This document shows, in pieces, positions 38,726-50,300 of a stretch of DNA of 64,000 bases. The position numbers and the translations under genes are program-made. Origin of the DNA: Lepidodermella squamata. Taxonomy: Eukaryota > Animalia > Gastrotricha. The stretch lies in NCBI GenBank assembly GCA_047495785.1, contig JBLDXI010000013.1, positions 4,278,001 through 4,342,000 of the forward strand, given 5' to 3'. Numbering within the stretch: the stretch's first letter is position 1; each line of letters starts with the position of its first letter. The notes beneath the pieces are model-generated. The model was given only the letters and a program-made list of their open reading frames with translations. It did no database searches and was not told where the DNA came from.

Positions 38726-41700
38726 ATGAATAAATTGATTTTGCTAGCCTTGATGGCTGTCGGCCTTGTGGCCGTGCCTGGCACCTTTGCCAATGACGGT
38801 GAAATCGTCCAACCCGACTCGATTAGCGCCGTTCGAGGCGGCCGAAGTGGCAGTGGATCGGGCAGCGAAGAAGAAGAAAGCGGTGAAGACCACTTGGGCG
38901 TGAATATTGGCCATGATGCCTTCCTGGACCACTTCCAGAAGTTGCCGGACGAATTCTTGAACACTGCTGACCAGAAATCGGCCGACTTGTTCTTGCAAAG
39001 CTCGCGCCCGTGCTGCTCGCCCGACTTCATTTTCGTCATCGACATCAACGACGAGAACGGCTTCACGCGCGAAAACTGCGAAACCCACATTCGCGAGTTC
39101 ATCATCGCCGTGATCAAGACGGCGTGGAAGAACAAGTGCGACCAGGTCCGCACCGCCGTTGTCGAGTACGGCAGCATCGGCCGCATCCGCACCAACTTCA
39201 CGGCTTTCACCACTGTCGAAGCTCAGATCCAGTACTTCCGCAAGTACACTCCTGGATCAAGCCTTGGTCGCGATAGCAATGCCCTGGTAAATTTCCAATT
39301 TCCAATTAAATTAAATTTTAATTTTAAAATTGAAATCTCAGTACATTCCTAATATAAAATAGCCTAAAATAGCTGGATCTTAAAGAATTTTCAAGGTCGA
39401 AGTAGCTGCTGCAAGGTCTAAAGTTTGGCCTTGAGAAATTAAAATTTTCAAATTTGTTGAAATTTTTGGTTAGGAAATTTGAAAAAGCTCATGATTTCGA
39501 TGATTCACGCCTTATTGCATTTTTTGAAAATTTTTAATTTTATAATCGCTCCGAATATTCTGACCGTCTTTAAAAAGTTTTCCAGATTTAAGCACTGATT
39601 TTCTGAACCTGGCTTTTAATTTTCCCGAATTTTTATCATTTTTTTAGGCTGGATTCACCGGTGCTAAGAAGCTGTTGCTGGAACCTGCCCGCGGTCGTCG
39701 CGCCAGCAGCAACGCGTTCGTTTTCTGGCTCACCCAGTCGAACCCTACCCAGCCGGCCAACCTGCAAGCCTACGTCAACACCTACATCAAGCCAGAAGCT
39801 TACTCGATCGTCGTCGCCGTCGGTGATGAAGTCGACTTCTCCCTGGTCAAGAAGTACGCCACCTCCTCGGCTTTCGCCTTCGCCGTCGATAACATCATCG
39901 ACTTGGTTGGCAAATGCTCCGAATTCTACTTCGACTACTGCCCCAAGCCCAGGTATGAAAATTTCAAAATATTGTCAACTTTCTAGTCTAAAAATTGAAA
40001 AATGAAATTTCAAATTTCAAATCCATAATTACAATTGAGGTAAAAAAGTAAGATTAAAAATTGAAAATTTTGAAATTTTTGAAATTTTAATTTTTTCTAA
40101 ATTATTATAGGACCACCACGACTAAGGCGACTACCCGTACTACGACCACCTTGTTCAACCCGCCCGCGACCACGACCACTCGTTCGACGACCACTATGAC
40201 TACCAGGCCAAAGACCACGACTGCGACCACCCGTACGACCACCACGCTGTTCAACCCGCCGGCTACGACCACTACCCGTTCGACTACCACCCGAACTCAG
40301 CCGACGACGACGACCACCACTAAAACTACAACCAAGACTCATCGCACCTACCCGACCACGACTAAGGCGACCACGCCCACGACCACGACCAAGGCGACTA
40401 CCCGAACAACGACCACCCTGTTCAACCCGCCTGCTACTACGACCACGACCAAGGCGACTACAACCACGCATCACCGCACCAAGCCGCCAAAGACCACCAC
40501 CCATAAGGCTACAACCACTGGCCGCAACCCGGTTACAACCACGACGCACAAGTACACGCACAAGACTACGACTGCGGCTCGTACTACCAGCCGTCTGCCC
40601 GACGCTACCACCCCGCTGCCGCCGTCCGACTTCTGCTTCCAGTGCCGCATGCGCCGCAACCACAAGGATCTGTACGCTGATACGACCGACTGCCATTACT
40701 ACTACCAATGCTTCTACTACAACGAGACCTACGCTGTCGGTATCCGCCGCAAATGCGCTGAAGGCCTCTTCTGGCACGAGGAGGTTCGTAATTAAATTTC
40801 AATTTTTTCCAAAATTTTCAAATTTTTTTTATAGATCCTGCAATGCATGCCCGAGGGTGATGTCCCCTGCGTCGACCGTTGCCGCACCTCTGGCCTGGTC
40901 TGCTACGCCGGTGTTGGTTGCCGTCAATTCTTCGCCTGCGCCAACACTGCCTCGTACGGTATGTGCTGCCCGGCTGGAACCCGCTTCAACGAAACCTCGT
41001 GCGGTTGCGATGAAGATGCTACCTGCACCTCGTCCTGCTCTCAGGTAAATTTTCACAAATAAAAATCTTTTTTAGGAATTTTTCAGTTTCAACAAAATTT
41101 TAAAGGATTCAATTATTTAATTTTAATTTTAATTTCTATTTTTTTTTCTGCTATTTTTGAAATTTTAAAATTTTAAAAATTTAATTCTATTTTTTTCATT
41201 TTTTCTGCAAAAATTTCAGCACAAAATTTAATTTTTCAATTTTTTAAAATATGATCAGAATTTAATATCCTATCCTATTTCCTTTGCTTATAGCAAGGTC
41301 CGGCTGTTGGAACCACTGTCGCCCCGGCTCAACAGTACAACTCGACTGTCTGCCGCGATTCGTTCGGAACCTACATCTCGATTGTCAACGGTGAAGACAA
41401 CGCCTACCAGCTGTTGGACGAAGAGGGTCAAGTGACCGAGAAGCAGTACTGCCCTGAAGGCATCGCCTTCGACCTGGTCACGTGCCGCTGCGACATCGAA
41501 AACGGCGCCACCCTGCCGCCGTCCGAAATCAAGCGCCGCGCCATTCTCTGGATCCCATTCGACTCCGACGCCAAGGACTACTCCTACATGAAGTTCGCCA
41601 CTTTCGTCTACGACGGCGCGCAGGTTGTCACCAACACGGCTGCCCAGGGCGGTGGTTCGCTGTTCGTCAACGAGGGCCACGTCGAAATCCCCGGCATGAA

Positions 41701-42302
41701 GACCTACGACCTGCGCAACCAGGCGTCGTGGTGCGCCTTCTTCCGCTGCGAGTCCGGCAACGGCTTCTCGTGCACCATCCAGGGCGGTGTTCTGTCCAAC
41801 AACAAGGACGCCACCTCGTCCGAGTACACCATCATTCTATCGAACGGCGCTTCGAACACCGTCAACGGCCGTGTCCACTTCTGGAACCCGGTTGGTCCTC
41901 AAACCGTCAACTCTGCCATCTCTGGCACCCCGGCTAGCGGCTGGAACCACGTTTGCGTCACCTACAACGGAAACGCCCTCCGCCTCTACGTCAACGGAGT
42001 GAGTTCCAACGTTAAATAATTTCCCCAAATTTTCATCGAATTTTTAATAATTTTAAAAATTTTTAAAAATATTTAAATTAATTTTTTTTTAATTAAAGGC
42101 TAACACTGATACCGAATTCGTTGGTGGCTACCTGTCCATTGCCCACTGCCCGTACGTCATCGGCCACGACCAACAGATCGGCTACTTCACCGGCCACATC
42201 GACGATGTCCTCGTGACCCCGTTCGAAATGACCGTCGAGGAGATGACCGCTCACCGCGACGGCAACCGTGGCTACCTGCGCAGCCGTGGCTTCTTCCCTT
42301 AA
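38726..42302 (+). CDS. Pif/BMSP-like secreted protein: signal peptide - VWA - Thr-rich mucin-like linker - chitin-binding modules - LamG (gene C), 6 exons, about 885 aa
   Basis: Exons 38726-39286, 39648-39952, 40111-40783, 40835-41044, 41294-41998 and 42099-42302 are phase-consistent. VWA motifs DFIFVID...VRTAVVEYGS...IVVAVGDEVD. The Thr tract contains RTTTTLFNPPATTTT three times. The C-terminal half is closely paralogous to gene A. Confidence 0.9.
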
Positions 42303-42794
42303 GCGACGCGTCGAAAAGCTTACATCTCTAGTATTATCTCGATATAAAAAGTTTATTAGCCGGTGTGAATAGCCGGTAAAGACTTGTATAAAGAAAATGT
42401 TGAAAGATTGATCAAAATTCTATATGCTCAAATGTTGTAGTACTTATTTCCTAGTTTATGCGATTGCTGATTTTCAGCTTGTGATAAAAGCAAGATGGAT
42501 TGAATAAAAAGCACAGTTTTACACGGTGTTGTCATTTTTTGAGAATCGACTAGGGCCAAAACATTCAAATTCATCGAACGCAGATTTGAGTTCGAGATTG
42601 TTAAATATCGGGTCTAGAGGCGTTCCAACGCTTTAGTTGAGCGTCGTGGCGCTACATTTCGATTCTTCATTATTCTTATGTAGATTGGTACTGATGCCCT
42701 CCCTGAACCTGAACTTTTCGAATATTGGGTTCCATTGGGTTGATATTGGAAAAATAACTGATTTGTGGAATCGATACTTTTAATCGATATCTGT

Positions 42795-43898
42795 GAAATA
42801 TACTTTAATTGGCATCTAATCATTTTTTTCTGCATCTAATATCTTTTTTCCATATCTAAATCTTTTTTTCGCATCTAGGCATTTTTTCTACAGCTAATTC
42901 TACTTTTTCTCACATCTAATTTAAAAATAGCTGGAATGACTTCAAAAAAATTGAAAAATGATTCAGCGCGTTTTTCCCGATAAGAACATAAGAAACATAT
43001 GTTTCGTTGCCAGAACATAGGTAAATCGCTTTATTTAGCGAAAAGAAAAGAAAAACATCAATTTAAGGCTTTCCCAGAGCCATATAATGATTCCCAGTGT
43101 AGATGAGGTTGATAATTGGCTTTCGCCCACGTTGACCGTTGTTTATTTTGATTGTAGCGGTCGGCTCCGTGTGAGAGTGCACGGCGATGTTGATGTTCTT
43201 CAGGTAACAATCGCATATAATGCATCGTTGCCAGCCCAGAACCCTGGCACAGCTAGTCATGCTTCGAAAACGACCGCCACGTGAAGAATCTGGTGAAGTT
43301 GCCCTCTTCTTTTTCTTCAATTTATTTTTGATTTGAATGATTTTTGAATGATTTGATTTTGATCAGATTTGAATCTAGCGATTGCTTCCTCCCACGTCGA
43401 ATCAGTTACTCGGAGCTTCTCGAAGTATCTAATGTTTTTACCCCTAGTGGGCTTTTCTCCAACAACGGTATCATCCGATGACGATACTACCGTTGAAGGA
43501 GACGAAAAAATGAGTTGTTTCATGATTTGAGCAAATGAGCAAATGGGCCGATTCAATTTTCAACGACTGATGTGGAGCTGGAAAATTCGCGTGAGGCACG
43601 CGCTAAACATGACTATTTACTACGCCTTTCGCACGTGCATTCTTCTATTAACATTTTCCCACGTGCCTTTTTCCGCGCGCCTGATCTGGCAACGAAACAT
43701 ATGTTTTCTTATCGAGAAAAACGCGCTGAATCATTTTTCAATTTTTTTGAAGTCATTCCAGCTATTTTTAAATTAGATGTGAGAAAAAGTAGAATTAGCT
43801 GTAGAAAAAATGCCTAGATGCGAAAAAAAGATTTAGATGTGGAAAAAAGATATTAGATGCAGAAAAAAATGAATTAGATGAATATTAAAGTATGATCC
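42795..43898. mobile_element. Non-autonomous Mutator/foldback-like element with about 220-bp TIRs and an 8-bp TSD (ATATCTGT)
   Basis: Arms 42795-43014 and 43685-43898 are near-perfect reverse complements built from about 20-bp CATCTAA-T(n) subrepeats. ATATCTGT flanks both ends (42787-42794 and 43899-43906). The internal minus-strand relic RGKNIRY...TWEEA ... C..C...HSH resembles a MULE N-terminal zinc module. Confidence 0.8.
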
Positions 43899-45171
43899 AT
43901 ATCTGTTCTGCAGGCAGTAGATTCCAAGAAACTCTGTAAATTTTTCAGTGAAGACGTGAAACTCTAAAACCCACATTTCGAAGAAAGAATCTACCGCTGA
44001 AACTCCACATTGAGATTGGGAACTTGGGACAATGTATAGTGAAAGATCCAACATTCCCGACTAAGCCGGTGAACGTCAAAAGCCAAGTAATTGGCATTCT
44101 AAAAACAGTCAGCGGTTTCAGATGGATCTTGGAATATTGAGTTGGATGATTATAGTTTCGAAACATTCAAATCGACAGGGTTTTTTTTACAGCTTATTAA
44201 TACAATTTATCTGAAACCTGAAATGGACTTGGCCGAAGTTTTGCCTGTGACTTGGTGGCATGCTTTACTTCACCCTTGGAATTCCGTAATATAACGGTCA
44301 AGTTGCGACATATTTGGGGAAAGAGCTGGATCTTTTTGAATATTACATAAATATTCATTTCGATGCTTGAAAAATCCCATGAGTAAAATGTTTAGAAACA
44401 ATCGTTTGAGTTCATTGCGAATTGCGAATTTCGACATCAAGAGTTGATCCATGCTACCTGGCCCGTTCAATGTTACTTCATACGCCTAAATTCATTCTTC
44501 GTTTTCTTCTCCCTTGCCACCTTAGCGAATCCTACCAAGGAAGATTCCCGGAGGCCATCATAGCCATAAACGATTATAGCGCCCTACTCGTTTTATTTTG
44601 ACTCAGAGTGCCGCTAAAATTCATCGCGCATGCCGAAAATAGAAAGAGCTCACACCGATTAAAATCACGCGCGCAAAATCGACGGTAAATCAATAAAAGG
44701 TGAAAAACAAAGGTGTACCATGGCATTTTAATTAGTTCTCAAAACTGCCTGCAAATGACAATCAGAATCTTTGTATATACAGTAGTCTACTGTATATACT
44801 TAAACTGGCGAAATCGGCCTTGTTCTGAATTCGGAAGATTAAATGTTTGCCTTCAGGTGACTGAGGAATTCGGCTTCAGCCTGAAAATCGAACATTCTAG
44901 ATATTCAATATTCCATCGCCGAACAATTTACTTATTTTGACACCAGCGAACGACCCACTATATGCCTCATATGCAAAAACTTATTTTTACTTGGAAAATT
45001 TGACTGGATTGAGCTAAAAAACATTTTTTATTACTAGTATCTAATTCCCGCCAGTTAGATCGATCTATGTCGTGTGGTAGACAGGTCAAAATAATGGCAC
45101 GAGCTTGATTGAAAAATTTGGTAAAAAAAACCAAAAAGCATTTGATATTTTTTATTTGATTGTAATATGAC

Positions 45172-45774
45172 ATGGCCAAAATCCAGCTAATTCTTCTTAT
45201 TATTTTCGCTGCCTCGACAGTAGTTCATGCGAGACGGTATAAACAGCACCACCATTCCGAGCGCTTAATTTTTGTTGTCGATTTCACGGATGACATCGGT
45301 TTCAGCCGCGACTACTGCGAGTCGAATCTGCGGCATTTCATGAGGGAAACTATCAGAGACTTTATGGACAAAGGCGATGTTCAAGTTGCAGTAGTCGAGT
45401 ATGGATCCCAAGCAAGGGTAGCTCTCAAGTTTGACAACTTCGAAAGTGCTGAACAACTCGATAACAATTATCAATGCGGATCGAATAATTTATTAGGACC
45501 GATTTCGAACGCGGCTGATGCCTTTCTAAAGGTGAAAACCTTGATTAAGAGAAGTTCTCTAGGCCGCCGGTCTACTGATAACCACGTGACTGTTTTATGG
45601 CTGGTTCACTCGACTCCGGAGAATATTCGCGCGATGGATGCTGTAGTCGATAAGCTGAAAGTAACTTATCAGTCAGCCCTGCAGATTATAGTCGTCGCTG
45701 TTGGGGACGAAGTCGACGATAGCGAGATTGAAGATGTAACCAGTAGTCAGGACTTGTTCTTTCACGTGAAATGA
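45172..45774 (+). CDS. Secreted VWA-only protein (gene D), single exon, 200 aa, paralogous to the VWA of gene C
   Basis: Signal peptide MAKIQLILLIIFAASTVVHA. LIFVVDFTDDIGFSRDYCE / VAVVEYGS / LG..SNA / IIVVAVGDEVD align with gene C. AATAAA lies about 20 nt after the stop. Confidence 0.8.
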   Translation: MAKIQLILLIIFAASTVVHARRYKQHHHSERLIFVVDFTDDIGFSRDYCESNLRHFMRETIRDFMDKGDVQVAVVEYGSQARVALKFDNFESAEQLDNNYQCGSNNLLGPISNAADAFLKVKTLIKRSSLGRRSTDNHVTVLWLVHSTPENIRAMDAVVDKLKVTYQSALQIIVVAVGDEVDDSEIEDVTSSQDLFFHVK

Positions 45775-45879
45775 TTAAATGTTGACAAATAATCAATAAA
45801 TATTTCATATAATATAAATCGGCTAGTAACATGAATTTTACTATACCTAATCAAAAACTATCAGGTACACGCAGGAATT

Positions 45880-46310
45880 GTAATGGGGAAGGTAACGGTG
45901 GTCCAAGTCACCCGAAACACATATTAGATGCTGATGGGGTGACTTTGTACCACTCAAATATCGAAGCCGATAACGTAAAGACCCCATGAGTGGGCTACTG
46001 TTGGATAGCCTGTAAACAGAGTGGTTCGAAAATTACACTCAATTTTGACTTCTATCATGGATTCCATTGGCTAGTCACCCAAATTCTACCAGAAATCGAA
46101 CTTTTCAAATTTCCCCTAACTTTACCTGTCATTTTTACTCGGTGACAACTCGGATTGGTGTAAATTTTACACATTTATAGGCCTGATTTTCCTTGGGCTA
46201 TCCCACTCATGGTGTCTTTGCCTTGCCGGCTTCGATATTTGAGTGGCCAAAGTAAAAAATCTCAAGTCACCCCTTTTTGACACGTCAAAGTCACCCCAAA
46301 TTACGTTAAT
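45880..46310. mobile_element. Probable MITE relic with dispersed AAGTCACCC / GGGGTGACTTTG subrepeats
   Basis: GGGGTGACTTTG (about 45937) and its reverse complement CAAAGTCACCCC (about 46286), plus further AGTCACCC copies. Ends are not resolved. Confidence 0.35.
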
Positions 46311-46537
46311 TGAAATTTTCCAGAATTCCGAAAAACATTCATGAAGGGAATGGTAATGAATTATGGGAATTTTGATCCACTTCAATGAGATACCTAGAAT
46401 GATCTCAAAGGGTATATAGGTTGAACTCAATGGCGTGGCTGAATCCTGCGTGATTGTTTTAAACCCAATTAAAAGTGATGAATAGTAGCTTTAGCTGTCA
46501 CTCATTTTTTCAACCTTTTATTTTCTTCAGTTGTTAG

Positions 46538-47378
46538 GTATTAGGCCACATGCAAATAAAAGAGGGATAAGAAGCCGAAAAATGAAAAGGCAGTTACCTC
46601 CTAATACTATAACGATCACACGTAAATTAATCAAAATTTAAAATGGATAAAGTTATTGTAAGCAGAATCCACTTCACTGCTTCTTTCCTGTTTCTTTTTG
46701 ATTCGATAAGGGGTTAGCGGAAAGCGGAACCAAAATTGCTCGTAAGCGAAACAAATTGTTGTGAATTTTCTGGAATTTCTGATTGATTCAAGCAAATCCA
46801 AATATATTATGTTGATATTCGCCGTGAGATATTCAATGCAAGGCCTGGCCATCACTTTGAGAAATCAATCGTGATCTAAAAAAATTTCGAAAATGAGAAT
46901 TTATTCAAGTTCTCGTTTGGTGCCAAGTCCTAAAATTTTGTTTCGCTAATAGATATTCTGTTGGAAATACAAGACAGCATCCGGAAATCAACGCAGGACT
47001 TTTTGAGACGTTGGAGAGGGCGATCCAGGAATGACTACAACCAAGGGTGGCTGAAATTGAATTCATTCTCACACATATCACACATTTGATTAATCAAATT
47101 GAAGCTCCGCCTTTTATTCGACTTATTTTCGAGCTTTTACAAAGTACGAATATAATAAACAATGGAAAAGGATATTAGGAATGAACAAGTAGTCGTAACC
47201 TATCAGAAGAATAAAGCATAGATCACGTCAAGCTTCAAGGGTGTTGTTCATAAACATACGCCAAATTTTTTGAACTTTAAATAAAATTTGATCACAATTT
47301 TCACATAATTTGCGAGACTTATACATTATCTACGCTACGTTGACTGTGAAAAAATTGAAAAACAATAATAGAGTTTAC
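46538..47378. repeat. Duplicated ABCB 3-prime flank (paralogous to about 58819-59538)
   Basis: Colinear blocks from GTATTAGGCCACATGCAAATAA through GAATGACTACAACCAAGGGTGGCTGAAATTGAATT to ACAATAATAGAGT are shared between the two copies. Confidence 0.9.
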
Positions 47379-50300
47379 TTGTTTGATGAGGGCTGCTGAG
47401 CGCAATCCGAAATTACATTATCCGAACTTACAGCAGGCACGCGATCTATCAACTTGAAAATTTCAGCAAGGGCTATTCTAGCCTTTTGCAGGTCAGGAGT
47501 CATTGCATTGGCTTGGCTTATCGTAGAGGCACTGAATATTATTGCCAATAGCCTGTAATAACCTCCATTCAATTGGTTCAAAATTATAGTAAAATTTTTG
47601 ATTCAGTCTTACGCAGCGTAGACACTCTGGAAATCCGTCGAACCTTGTTTAACGAAAACAGCGCCAGCGTAGAAAGCTGCGGCCAGTGCGGAAATCATTG
47701 CAGCTTCAGTGAGACCGAAACAGAATGCGGCGACTTGGATCTTCAACATTTCCCGTCTGTGGCGACTGATAAGCGGTGCTTTGAACATGTCGATGAAAAC
47801 TCGGTATAAACCGAGAGCTGTCACGGTTCGGATATTGCCGGTAAATGCAAACAGCGTTTGAGTCGCTTGTTCGACAAACCTGTCTTGTTTTGCGCCGATT
47901 GCTTTGGCCTGCACAATGCCACCGATAACGAGAACAAGCATGAAGGCTATCATGATGAGCGTGACGCGCCATTCGTGAAGGAAACCAATGACGAGAGCGG
48001 CGATTATGCAAGAGATCACCTGTGCAATTTGCGTCAAGCTCGCTATAGTTGCGTCCTTCACAGCTCTGGCTTGGATTGCCAGCCGCGAAGTCAGCGCTCC
48101 AACAGTGTTTTCGTCTTTGTCGAACCACGACAGGTCCTGACGTAGCATCGATTGGAACGCCAACTTAAGAATTCTCGCCACCAATCGCCCACCCTATTGA
48201 TGAATCAAAAATCGCATGGCTCATGTAACAGTATAGAAGAAGAAATCTAACCCCGAATGCAACCATAACATGCATAAGAAAAACACCGATAAATTTAGCG
48301 CCACCGATCGCCACAAATAAAAGCGAAACGAGCTGGCTTTGTCGATTTCGTTCGCCTTCATCACAATCCCTAAAAATAGGCGATATAAATTGTTTGGAAA
48401 CAGCAGAAATATGATTACGTTAATGCTACGCGCATTCTGGGGAGAATGATCGAAACGAAAGGCCAAATACCCCCGGCAACGATGGCGCCTAAATGATAAG
48501 AATTGTCATATATATAAGGTTGGCACTTTCAATGCTCGCGTACCTAGAACGGCCAAGAGAAAGAACGGATATTCCGGAGCAGCCATTTTCCAAAGTCGCA
48601 GTGAAGAAAAATGTTGTTTAACAAGATCTTTTTCTTGCAGCTTCATTTCGCGATTAGACAATTCAGGCTTGTTGCTGCCTACGGCTTGCTTCGCCTTAAT
48701 TTCGTTTTTAGCGTTGATGAACTTGCTATTCTTCGTCAAGGCAGCTCTGCGTTCCTTAATATCATTCAATGTGGTCTCAATATCGTTAACGCCCCCGCGA
48801 CCTTGTTGAGCTTCGACCAGCTTCGCGTAGATTCCTAGCTTGGCGATGAGTTCGGAATGCGTTCCACTTTCAGCTACTGAACCGTTGTCGATGACGACGA
48901 TTTTATCAGCGTTCATGATGGTGGAGAGCCGGTGAGCGATAACAATTGTGGTACGGCCAGCTTTGGCTCGCTCAAGCGCTTCTTGAACAATCGCTTCAGA
49001 CTCAGTATCCAACGCAGACGTGGCTTCGTCCAGCAAGATTATTTTAGGATTCCGTACAAGGGCACGGGCTATGGCAACGCGCTGCTTTTGTCCACCACTC
49101 AACTGAGCCCCATGCTCGCCGACCATTGTTTCGTAGCCTTGGGGTAGTTTCGTAATAAAATCATGAGCGTTCGCCAATTTCGCTGCGTTTTCGACATCCT
49201 CACGGGTGACATTCGGGTAGCCGTAGCGAATGTTCTCGAAAATCGTTGTGCCGAAAAGTACCGGCTCTTGGCTGACGCTGCCTATCATCGATCGGAACCA
49301 GAAAATGTTGTAATCGCGTAAATCGCTGCCATCGACGCTGATCCGTCCAGACTGGGGGTCATAGAAGCGTTGAAGCAATTGGATAACAGTCGATTTACCG
49401 CAACCACTCGCCCCCACCAATGCAACAGTGGTACCCGGCTCTACGGTTAGCGATAGGTCTCGCAAGATTTGCACACCGGCAGGACGGGTTGGGTAGCGAA
49501 ACGAAACGTACTTGAATTCTATGCGGCATTTAAATTGAGCGTGATCATGCTTGATCCCTTGCCGTGAAAATGCATCGATCGGCGGTATGCGATCGATAAT
49601 TTGAAATACGGAGTAGGCTGCCGAGCAGGCTGCCGAGCTGGCAGATGTCAAGGCCTGTAAACTAGTGACCGACATGCCAAGCGAAAACGTGACCATTATA
49701 ATCGCGAACAACGTAACAGTTACTGTGCCGATATCATAGCCAATGTTCCTGGCATTGATCAGATAAATACCGAAAGCGTAGGAGCAGAAAATGGTGAAAC
49801 ACGTAAGACCCATCCTTGCTCCGGCCAAAGCGCCTTTCTTAGTGCCAGCAATCCGAGCGTCGTTCAGGTTTGAGGCGTAGCGTTCAACCTCACGATGCTG
49901 AGCCCCGAATGAAGCGACAGTCCGAATCGAGCTGAGAACCTCCTGCGCTATCGAGCCAGCTTTCGAATAGGCTTCTGTCTCGTTTTTAGACTGTGTATAA
50001 GTGATTCGAACCATCAGACTACCAGCGAAGGCAAGCGAAAACAACAAGAATAACAGGATGGCCCAGCTGAGGTTCCAGCCGATGAGGATGCTGACAATCA
50101 CGCAGCCGACGAAAGAGCCGACGGTTTGGATGCACAACGCAACTTGGTCCCCCATGCCTTTCTGCATAGAGGCAATGTTCTCGGCGAATTGGCTTGTCAA
50201 AGCTCCGCTGGATTGTTGATCGTACCAGGCAATGTCCTGTCGCAGGAGATTTCGAAAAAACGCCTTCCGAATGCGCCGGATTTGAAACTCGGCGGCAACG

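Noticed and set aside
40097-40777. 226-aa Gly/Arg/Ser-rich antisense ORF
   Set aside because: Shadow of the Thr-codon repeats of gene C.
42800-43014. CRISPR-like appearance of regularly spaced 20-bp repeats
   Set aside because: Eukaryotic context, no unique spacers or cas genes; these are TIR subrepeats.
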